Shown: piece by piece, positions 23,501 to 35,500 of the stretch | Position numbering within the stretch: position 1 is the first letter of the stretch | Layout: each line of letters opens with the position of its first letter | From: Stylophora pistillata | Lineage: Eukaryota | Length of the DNA stretch: 64,000 nucleotides | Reading direction: 5' to 3' | Assembly: GCF_002571385.2 (NCBI RefSeq) | Contig: NW_019218015.1 | Coordinates: forward strand, 10,036-74,035 | Made by a program: the position numbers and the translations under genes | The notes under the pieces: generated by a model | The model's input: only the letters and a program-made list of their open reading frames with translations | Databases searched by the model: none | What the model was told of the DNA's origin: nothing

Positions 23501-26500
23501 CAAAGGAAATAATTTTTAAGCCGTTTGACACTTTAGTATAAAATGTCGACGGGTAATTTCTGTCAGTGCAGTTGGTCTTACGTTTAGAACGAAAGATAAG
23601 TGTTTTTAAATAGTATATTACAACTTGTGTTGTCAAAAGCTACACAATCCTCTTCAAATTGACACATGCATAATTTCGTTAGTCGTCAGTAGGCAAAAAC
23701 GTGGTTCCCCTAAGACGTTATGACTGTGAATCGATTACGAGAACTCAAATTCAAACCACTTTTCGCGAGGCAAATAAATAAAAACATTCCCTGACAGTAT
23801 TGCATGTTTTAAAAATGAAAATGACATAATCCACACAGTCGGAATTAAAAATTTACCGAATGTCAACAAATCGCCGATAAAAAATCATAATGCCGGTTAA
23901 CTCACAATAGAAAATACAGAAAGTCGTCAAATACCGACTGCCTTAAAGGATAACCGTGAATTACAGCCATCAAAACTTACCGGGCGCACAACAGAAAACA
24001 CCATGTTGTCGGCATTGACAGTTGAGTCGCTAAACCGATCACAGAATGTGAGGCGCTACTTACGTCAGTAGTTGTCAATTGCTAAAAGAATTTACCGCTC
24101 CGGGATATGCCTGGACTCATCGTTATATTGGCTGGCCGGCAGAAAGTTTAAAACCCACTAAAAATTAAAAATGTTAAATAGGCTTATTCAAAATCGACAA
24201 ATCGTGAAATTGCCGCTCAGAATTTTGTCTTCGCGTTGCCGGAAGGAGCTAGAAACTTTAAGCAAATCAAAGAATCAGAAAGCAGATTTTTGATGGCGAC
24301 ATCATTCACATTTTGTGTTTGGACATGCTGTAAGAACATTACGATCTCAGAAACGATCGGCGATATTGCCTTCCGTAACATACAGATTAACATAAGGATC
24401 TTATCGTCGATGTTTAACCCCAAAATAGCACTCGTGTCATTCACGTTTTAGATTAGTTTGGTACGAGAGATTGACAGATATGACTGACTTTGAATTAAAC
24501 AATATTTATAGCAGACAAAAGGTCTCAAGCTGGCTGATATTTATGCGGTCAGCAATTAGAAAGAATAATCATCGCGCGCCGTAAATTTAATTGAAGAAAG
24601 CTTAATTCAATTTAACCATGTTTACAGCGCAGCGAAAGTCCTCGACTAACGTGCTTGTTGTCTTTGCAATCCAGTCAGTTTAATTTTCACTTCCTTGTTA
24701 ATACTTTTCGACTCTAACGTTACCTATTATTGATTACCGTGCATGTTTTAGACCAAGATCGAAATTTTAGAAATGGTTTTAATGCCCACAACCGTAAGAT
24801 CAACAAAGCGGAGCTTTTAAACACGTCATCCTCGCTTGACTCCTCAAATCAAAACAAGAGTTTGAGTAGCACATGATAAGAGCATGATATTCTACATAAT
24901 GTTCATTTCCTTTCTCAAATATAACGAACCGTCAACATTTTAACGTAAGCTATCAAAGGCAGAAAAATGGTGGTGTAACTAGCACTGACTCCTTTTCATA
25001 AGCATGTATGGCACGAAACATCAAGACCAAACAACGCGTGACGTGGCTGAACACTTAAGATAGTAAAAAAAAAAAACAAAAAAAAAAACAAATGAATGAA
25101 ATCTACACGACACAACATATAGACCATATTTACTGCAAATTATAATTTCAGTCAAACAAAAAAAATTTAATCAACTCGATAGTAACAAGTACTACAGCAA
25201 GTCTCAAGCAAAAACCTTCAGGTAGCTGCAGTTCCTTACACAATTTCCTTGTTAGCTTTCTGCATAATCAACTTCCGGCTTCTATTCATAACAAGCCGAG
25301 GTCTATAAACACCTATTGGTACGGAGTACAATCGTACAATCACAAGGAAAAACAATCCTATCTTCACTTCCAAGAACGTTTCATCCCCGAGATAAAGTTG
25401 ATGTAACTGCTGATAGCAAGAACGCAGATAAACTTTATCTTCCCACTATACTCAGCGTGCGGTGTTGCCAAACGATAAGACTGAGATATTTACACAAGAA
25501 AGATTGCCTCCAAGAATAGATAACGTAGACACGCTTTCGCAAGGACAATCGAAACACTGGAGTTTTGAAGACTTGCGCGTGTGACACAACCGTTTTCGAT
25601 GTTTTCATAAGACTGGCGCACGAAATCTGCCAGCTCTTTATTTGATCAACATTGATACCAAAATTTGGCAAGCAGGTATCTCGACGCACTGAACATTGCC
25701 AATTCTAGACCTCCCCTTTAACATTCCAACTCCCCTCCAGGTATAATTTCCACCGTTTAGAAGCCATCCTGTAACGAATACGTATCAGTGCAGGGCTTGT
25801 AACCACGATTTTAGACTACAAAAATTTTTAGCTAATGAATGGAGCATGAGGATTGAGTGCAGCCAGTTTCCTTTCCGCTACTTGTTATTCAACACAATCC
25901 CTATAATCAACTGACCTCTCGCTGGATTGATGTTTTAACTTTTTCAACTTCTGCATAACAGTAGAATCTGAAGCTGTTGGTGACCCTTTTGTGGCGGACA
26001 CAGTCCCCTCCTTAGCTGAGCCTTCATCGCTGTCACCCTCTGATAATCTTCTTTTCCTCTCGCTGGTACCAGACTCAGCACTGGAAGGACGAGACTCGGC
26101 CCGACTAGCTCCTGGAGACTGGTGGCTAGGGATTTCTTCAGCGATACTCGCCGCAGCGGAGGCCGAAGGTGAAGCAGTTTTGATGTCTTCGGAGACGGAT
26201 GAGCGACTGCCAGTGGAATGATCCGCGGGTTTGTCATCCAACTCCTCGACTATCTCAGTCGATTCAGCCTCGCTCTGAAAGAGAGGCAACACAAGAAGAA
26301 ATCAACCGATGAGCACCCCATAAGTGAAAGAAAGAGGCAACTTGCCAATAACAACTTAAGTCGTTTAACCCTTTGCCCCTTTGCACCCCAACATCAGTAT
26401 GCACATTCTCCCTACTTTCTCTTTACATTTTCTTAGGTGCTGACAAGGAGAATTTGTTGAGTAATCAAGAGCTTCTTTAGTTGGAGATCATTTCCTTTGT

Positions 26501-29500
26501 TACCGTGACATATTCAGGGGTGTTGTGTAAGGAAAAATTAGTTGCTAGTCACTCTTAGGGGTCAAGGAGTTGAGGAACATGGGGGAAAGGGGGTCAGGAG
26601 AAATTAGATGCTAGTCACTCTTACGGGTCAAAGGGTTATAATGGGCACGTCAGAAAGGTACACGATTACTACAATGACAGCACACCAGATTTAAAACCTA
26701 ATTTGTTGGGTCCGTGAACCCTGAGATAAAGCTAAAGGTGGCAGCGATATACCCTTGCAAAAGAAAAACACCCAAAGAGCAGTACATTTCACATCCAAGG
26801 AGAGACACCCCGGAGGAACGGGGGGAGGGGAGTGGGGGTAAAGGAAGATGAGTCGTCGCCAACAGAGTGTGAAGAAGGTCTGCGGAAAATTGACTGCCAA
26901 TGAGGAGGGCGGGAAATCATTAGGATACTATAGAGCCTTAAAGGGGATCAGGTAAATTTTACTGCGACACAACCAAACCCTTCAACCTCTTCCCTTTCTC
27001 CCACCCGCAGGCAATAAATAATGAGCACACAACATTAATTAAAATTCCTCAATCAAGTCACGCAAACAGAGAGTGCCGTTCAGAGAGGTGCACGCGATCA
27101 AAAACTACGTACGAAAGCTTTAAAGAAACAAGCTGTTTCGACAATATTTGTTAACAGCACATTTCAAGTTCGTAAAGCCAGCAGAAGGGCACCCAACAAA
27201 GGCCAAACTAATACATAACGCAAAATTCTACTCACGCATACCTATCAATGATGCAGCTTATCAGACGATTATAACTCTATACATGTATGAAATTCCAAAA
27301 TGAGCAGTTCTATTGCTTCTATGTGCCTTTCGTGAGTTCGGCACGAACTTTGACAGATGCCATAGATGACCACAAATGAATACACTTGGAAGTCATCAGG
27401 CTGTGAACTCTACTTTTCATTTAACTAATATAAGGAATCTTCAGAAAGTTAAGCTTCCGCTGGGCTGAACCGGTCAGTGCGTCTCGGTTGTCGATGGAGC
27501 GGTACTTGTACTACAAACTGAGCGAGTTTAGCGGTGTTGTGCTCGCCGCAAAGCAATTTTATCGCAAAAAAAATGAATCTAACTGTATTCGATCTGTGAA
27601 CGCTAAAGGAATTAATTTTCACAGGTAAATTACAGTCAGAGCAAGTGAAGAAAGTAAACAAAAGAAACAATTTAGGCCTCGATTAGACTTGAACCGGATC
27701 AGGGCTCGACACTAACTTTTCAACGTACTAGCCTAGTGGCTAGTGACAACTTAGATGTTACAACAATTTCAGTTTGTTTACCAGCCAAATTGGCTAATGG
27801 AAATCGAAAACCACTCGCCAAAAGTGAATTTCTACTAGTCTGTGGCTAGTTGGCTACCGTTAGTGTCGAGCCCTGCCGAACCCTCCCTGGTATGTCCCGA
27901 TCAATTTCAAGTTTCTTTCACAGAATTCATATTACAATTCAAAGACAACACTCATATCAAAAGAACTACAAGTGAATCCTTATGTAAGAAGAGCAAAACA
28001 AAGAGGGGACCTCACCGCGCAGCGTCTAAATTGTATTAAAACAAAATAACACAGGATTTAAAGGCCTCAGCCCTTGGACCAAAACTATGACCCCCTATCG
28101 TAAAGGTCACGGGTTCGAACCACGTGGAGGCTTCCACTTTTCTCATCCTTTTTAATCCAATTAGATTGATTAATTTCTGTTACACTTCACCTTCGCCTGC
28201 TCTGCAGAGTCCTTTTCTCCAGTTTTAAGATTATCACTCCGTTCCTGTGCGTGCGCCGCCTGTTCAGTAGCAGCCCTCTCTCGGACTTTCTTGGTGTTTT
28301 TTCTCAGTCTTGCGATCTCCTCCTGCTGCATCAACAACAAACGCCGTTCGTAGCTGGCTGCGCGATTCGCAGCTTTCAGGCGCTTAATCTCCGCCTGACG
28401 GAGGCAAAAATAACATGATGAGAAACCTACCATTACACAAACGCCGAAGCAATTAATCGTCTTAAGATATCTTCACTATATGCCTACTGGTTTAAAGACA
28501 GCATGACACTTCACGTGATCTCTGGAAAATCCTCGTAAGGATAAAAGTCAAACAACAACAGGAAATCGCGCAAGTGGATAGTGGATGATTTTGTCGTGCT
28601 GTTAAAGAATAATTTATTGTACATGATCATTTCACTACTGCAACAAGACTTGACTTAGTATGGGAAGTATAAAGATATCATCAAGATAGATCGTTCGAGT
28701 AAGGTTAGCTTTCCATGGTCTCAACAGAACTTATTTTGGTGAAAGACAACCAGGGCGAAAGTCATCGTGACAGTCAAGTTACCCGCGCTATGCAGCGGAA
28801 GTCACAAATAATGCTACGCAGAAATTTTTCAACCCTCACAGAATAATTCACTGAGATTTCCTCAAAACTGATTTTGTATTACAACTGGTTGACACTGCAA
28901 CGGTCTAATCAGCACAATTTCGCGACTTGCTGCCATATCACTTTGTGTTTACAAATTTTATTTTCACTTTACCGACCTGTTCAGCTTGAAGTCTCATTAA
29001 AACTCCTCGCTGCCGCTTTCTAATTGACGGCATGACGTCATCGGCGCCCTTGTCTCGATGCCTTTGCTTCTGACATTCGAGCCAGGCCATCTCGGCTCGT
29101 GTCTTTTCCTTCAGGGCTTTTTCGCGCAGGCGTAGAAGCCCAGCTTGATGTTTGGCTCGAACTTCTTCCTCTTTCATCAAACGGACCATTTCGGACGTGA
29201 ACTGAGAGAATGAATCTTCACCGGAAAAAGGCGCCGAAGAAAATTCCTCCAACATCTGGGAAAAGCAAGGGAAGGTTGGGACCAATCAATATTCCACGCC
29301 TGAGTGGGCGAGGGGGAAAGGAGGAGGAGGGATTTTGGGGGATCACTTGGTTTTCAGGGGGTACGGAGGGGGATCAGTCATCGCTAACAGAGTATTAAGG
29401 GGGGGAGGGCTATAGAAAATGGACTAACAATGATTGGGGATCAAAGGAAAATTACAGAGTCTTGAGGAGAATCAAGTTAATTTTATTCTTCTACAACCAA

Positions 29501-32500
29501 AATCCTCCGACCCCCGCAGCTCGAAGTAAAGGACCAGTGCACCAAATGTTACGAACAAAAAAGGGGAATTCTGTGCTTGCGCCTAGGAGTTTTATCACTT
29601 CCCCCCGGATAGGACGCTGGTCCTTCGCAGTTCACCCACAAGCATACCCTTAGATTTCTGTGCCGGTACTCATTTATACTCCTTGGTGGTAAGAGACACT
29701 GTGTGAGGAGAGAGTCTTCCCCAAGGACATAACACAATGGCACGGCCAGGACTCTAAACCAAACCTCTCGAGCCTGATTCTAGCGCGCTCAACGTTAGGC
29801 GATCGTGTCTCCCGACGAGCCAAATATTAGGCCACTGCAACGTCTGTACAACAATATTCAGAAATAATAATGACGGTTAGTTCCGTACTCAGCCGTCAAA
29901 TACACAGTGGAGTCTTATGTAGTCTTCTCTGTCGCAACTGAAATCCATCATTATACATCACAACTACCAATCAAACGGAAACAAACTGAAATCCACCATT
30001 ATACATCACAACCACCAATCAAACGGAAACAAACGACAAATTACCTTATCAACTGGAAAATCCTGAGAGTCATGGTTATCGTCCTGAAAAAAAGAAGAAT
30101 AATTCATCACTACCGGTTGGCAACTTATTCAACGCGACAGTCGCCTACGAAGTTGAAACAGACATGAAAGCATGTCATTGGAAAAAAGAAAAGCTATTCT
30201 ACTGCACAACCACAAAATAATAATTCAAATTGAATGTTTCTTTCACTTTGGCTTGAACTTTCACGCAAATAATTCTTAAGTGAAACAGATTTATTATGGT
30301 TTTGCTTGTGTCCGTCGTTTTCGTCTTTGGCGTGCAACACGTGCAATCGATACGATTTTCAGTGAACAACATTTTGCGACCTTCTAAAGACCTTGTGACA
30401 TTAACTCTGTTCGTTTTCTACTTAGTACCCCACTTTACAATATCAGAAGTAATATATACTTACAGACGAGTAGGATACAGTCCCCTGGTCAGAACCTAAG
30501 CTGCCCCGCCTTCCTGTCTTACCCAGGCTCCTCCGTCTGTGGCTTTCAGATGGAAGTATCATTCGGAAGTCAATCTCGTCATCTGTTGCAGTGTGTGATG
30601 ACATCACTGACTCTTCGAAGTTCAGCGTGTAGTCTTCTTCCGGTGACCTTTCTAAGCGTTCTGAAAGAGCGAAAATATTATTTTAGTTCATTTTACCTCA
30701 GGGCTAGCTGAGCGTTAATGTTCATTTAGAGTTGATGTTACAACATACGAGTTCATAGGTTCTCTCACAATTGCACTGAGAAAACTAATGGGTTACCTCC
30801 ACCTCAAGTACGTGAGGAGGTAGGGGGTTGTAAATAAAGCTTTTATCTCACAATTTATTGCCATTAAAGAGGGCTCAAACGTGCAGAAAAAAGAGTAACT
30901 GATACAAAGTTTCATTTCGCATGAGCAGGACACAAAGCGTTTTCATACTAACCTGCATACATTTCCTAAGCTGCTGACTTGGACAATTTGTTTAAAAACC
31001 AAGAGCTTCTTTAGTTGGTGATCACTTCCTTTATTCTCGGGATCTCAATGCGTGATTCAGGGAAGATATCACAAGGAAAAATTACACGCTAGTCATTGTT
31101 AGGAGTCACAGGGTTAAAGTGACCGTAAGGCTGTCTTTTCCGGTACTTACCAGATGGTTTTTTGAGGTCATCTCCCGTCAACACGTCAGCTAAGGAGTCA
31201 TCATCAGCCAAGTCGAGTCCAACATCAGACACAACACTATCAGCCACACTGTGATCAACTTCTTCAGGAATGCTGCCCGACTCCTCCCCCGCTAGAGTTG
31301 AGTGATGCGAGCGCAAAGCAGCTTCTGACCGGGTAGGGATGCGCCGGCTGTGGCTAGTGGAACGGTCCACTGATAGATCACCTGCTATGCGAACGCTAGA
31401 AAAAAAGTAATAAATAAAGATGTGATCTTTGGGTTACAGTTACAGTTTGAGTTTCTGGTTCCTTTTTTTTTTTCTGTTGCTGAACAAGTTAACCTGAAAT
31501 CATTTTATTCGCGGACAAAAGCCGTCTAGGACTGGAGTATACAAAGTCGACCGAACAAAAAAATTTGTACCACACGAAACTTTTTAACCACCAACTAAAA
31601 ATAAATATCTGGTCAGTGTTAAAGTTTGGGTGAATAAAAAAATTATGTGGAAACACGAGCCGCAGGGGATTGTTCTCGAATCCATCACCGTGATTCTTAC
31701 AAAACTTCGCGAGTTTTTCATATCAATCAAAACTGAACAACTTTTTTTTGTCTTAAGACAATGCTGTAACGAAGAGAAAGGAACTCATCGCTTACTGCCG
31801 TCATTAGACTTTAAATTCTAAATTTGTAACTTATGCCCTCTTCCCCTTCCAAGTGTCAACAGCCTACGGCATTTCCACGATTCTAAGAAACACAGTATTG
31901 AACGCTCGGACATGCGTCCTTCCTCTTCAATATAAAGTATACTTTCATTCCCGAATGAAAATGTTAAAAGTCGACTGTCTGATGGCTGCACTAGCACCTT
32001 AACATAAGCCAGTTTAAGTTAAGTGTACTTGAGGCGAATCGCCAATGAGTGTTGTCTGCTTGAAATATCATGTCTATGAAACAGAGGGTAGAAGAGAAGA
32101 CGTTTTGTCCTCTTCCTTTTATTTCAAGCAGAACAGAATCATTCTTTCAATCTTACAAAATCTTCTTCGCGCAATATGATAGGAATGAACAAGAATATGA
32201 CATTTAAGGCGGTCTTTAACACTTTGATAGGTATGCAACTAATTCAATACTTGTTCTCCTTGATAAATTTCAAATTGGATTTAGCTATCTTCATTTATAA
32301 CTCAACGGAGAAAAACCACCTGGTGGAACTGTTAAATTAGCCGTTCTCATCGTCATTATAATTATTACATATAGAAATAAAAGCATGCCGTACAACGAAT
32401 TTTTATTAAGTTACCTTACAGTTCCATCTCGCTCAGAACTTCTTGAAAGATCCACATCATCTCCAACATTCGTCCTACTTTTACTAGCACTTCCCTTGGA

Positions 32501-35500
32501 TTGCGATGCTCGGTCTACCGCATCAGTTCCTGACCGTGAAGTCCTTGTTCTAGAATAGCTATCGCTTCGCTGGCTGGTTGAGTAACTGGAGTAACTGTCA
32601 CGCGTCACGTCACGGCTTCTGTCACGATAGCTTTTCAGACGTGTTTCTCTCTCTCTCAACAGTTGTTCTTGCTGTTCGTGAAATCGCGACATGCTGCTCT
32701 TGACGGCCGCTTCTGCGGCTGCACTGGCTGCTTCAGCGGCCACACCGCGTGTGTCAACGGTCTGTTGCGTAGCAACCTCTAATAACGTCCGTGCGGCTGA
32801 TGAACGGGCCTGGAAGAGAAGGGCAAACAAAGCTCAACATACAGGTAAGAGGAAACATTTCAAGGACATTTTTTAAAAATGCACTTCTTTTAAATTGATA
32901 GAAGTCTAAAAAAAAAAGGGAGAGCTAGCAATCCAATTATAAGGGAAACAATTGCTCTTTAAGTTAAATATTTAACATTGAAGTTGTTATTCTAAATATT
33001 CCTTGTTACTGTTCAAGCTTCATCATCAGATGATAAATTATTACATCAGTTGAGAGGAAAAGACGATACACGAGGGGTCTGAGTGCGCTTCGGAGGTGTC
33101 TCCCCTCCCCTCCCACGAGGGAGGAGGGACACGCCCGCAGTCTAACATCGTTTTAACGGCTGCTATGAAATGAGACACCGACCTCCTCGACTTGTTTGGC
33201 TGACTCGGCTGTGGTTCTTGCTGCTTCACTCTGGACCTAAGGGAAATTAAAAACGGAGAGTAACTTCACAACCAATCAACGACAACTGCAAGACCAACAA
33301 ATGAACACAACGTGTCACAACTGAGCTGATTACCGTAACCAGCCGGTCAGCAGACTCTGATATGCTAGCAGCTGCCTCTAGCCTCACTCGGGCAATCGTT
33401 TCAGCTGCTCCAGCGGCTGCATCCGCCGCTGCCCGTCGAGCCTGAAGTAGAATGAGCGCATTTCGATTGAGTGTGGTAAAAAAAGAAAACAACAACAACA
33501 AAAAACAAAAGACAAATACAACAAAAAAAAAACATAAACCAACGACCTATCAGAATTAAGGGACATATGACAAGGAGCCAATGAGAACTCGAATTAAAAC
33601 AAGCAAACCGCATGAAGCGTGACAAAACGTCGTTAACCAAGATGCCATTGCGTTTAGTTGTGTATCTGATTGGTTCACAGATTGGCGCGAGTACTTTTTG
33701 GACCAATCACAGGGTGAAGTGAAGCAAAACCAAAATAATTTCGAATTACTGTGGACAGTGAATTAAAATTGCTTTATCAGTATATCAGTCGTAATGCACT
33801 CCTCCTATTTTAGCGCTTTACCTCTTCCAGTTGCTTGGCTGCCTCTAACGCCTCTTCACGAGCCCTGGCTCTTAGATTCTCCATATCTCTGGCATGCGAC
33901 AGTTGTTTAGACTGACAGAAAAACAGACAACAGTACCATCATCAAAAATCAAAATGTAAACATGGATTGATTGGAAAAGCCACGGTGACCCTATAGTTTT
34001 AGTTTACATCCGATTGGATGAGAGTAATGTGATATTCTAAACCAATCACATCAAATAGGACGCTTTTCGACTGATCGTCGTAAAACTAAAGCCAAAGTAA
34101 TCACAACAGCCAATCAGAAGAGAGGAAAATGCCGTTAAGAGCCAAGAAGAAGTCAAAGCAAAAACAAACTGGCTAAAGCGCGGGAAAACGCGGGCGACCA
34201 AGTCGTGATTGGTTTTTGCATCTGATTTGTGGAAAGAGTGGCGCGAATCCACTGGACCAATCACAGAACGAGGTTAAGCAAAACCAATACAATCTTGGAG
34301 AACCTTTGATACAGATTACTAACAACACTAAATATAGATGTCTACTACTACTACACTCAATGAAAAAGTGATCCATAGCTCACCTTGAGTATCTGGGCCA
34401 AAGACACAGTTTCTTGTTGTGCCATGGACACTGCACGAGTCCGCTCCACGTCAGTCAGTTGTCGTACTGATTCCTCCATGTATTCCAATCTGTTCAGTTC
34501 TGCTGTGAGCCTCATGTCTAGAGACCCAGGTGAGAGACGGTCGCCCCCCTGATGTGATGGCGCAAACACCGATGGCGGTGGGTAAACTGGGGCAGCTTAA
34601 GGGGGGACAGGGCTCTGAGCGTCCTGGTCCCTTGGAGGAGAACGCTGAATGGCAATAAAAAGGAAATGAAAGATGGTAAGTTTTGAGCTTGGAAAATAAT
34701 TATAGGAAGATGTTTTTTTGTCTAGTCTAAAAGGAAATGGTTTCTACAAACTAGATTTTACTGTCAAAATACTGGATAATAAACAGCTCATTGAAAACCA
34801 AATCGCAATAAGCTTAGCGTCTATAGTAGTAATATGGTAGACTATCCTGTGCATGAAAAATCGCACTCGGAAATACTTCGTTAACTTGACAAGATTTGTA
34901 GATTAGCGAAGCTGTGTTTCTTTAATTTCATGAAGTAACATAAAGGAATATTCTATAAACAAAGTCACCACAGACAAAGCAGGTTTCATTCAGCAACATG
35001 CTATAAAATTCGGTCAAATTGACACTTGCATGACCCATACCCGTGTAGACGAAAAGGTTGGAGATTTGTCAGCTGCCTCACTTACACGAGACAACTCTCC
35101 CTCTGACAGTGTGGGTGATAGGGGACCACTTTCCAAACTCCTGTTAGGAGATCGCAGAGCATCGTTCTTATGAGGAGAGCTTGTCTTGTTCTCTGGACTC
35201 TCGAATGTCTCTGAATACACAGGCTCGTCTGTCTTTCTGTTGGGGCTCGGGGTGCGCTGCGCGTGAGGGGAAAAAAGGTCAATCAGTCACCTTAGAATTG
35301 TTGACTTGCAGAAAAAAGATAAAGCTCCAGTTAGCTGAATTACTAACTAGAATGACTATCCTTAAATCTAGACTATATGACAAGCAACGGTTTGACAGCT
35401 GATTAACCAGTGGTATATACAGCATCTTTTGATAGGGAACTAAGAAGAGTTATAAACAAATAAACAAATACATCATGCCCTTCTGTATATCAAAACGTTT

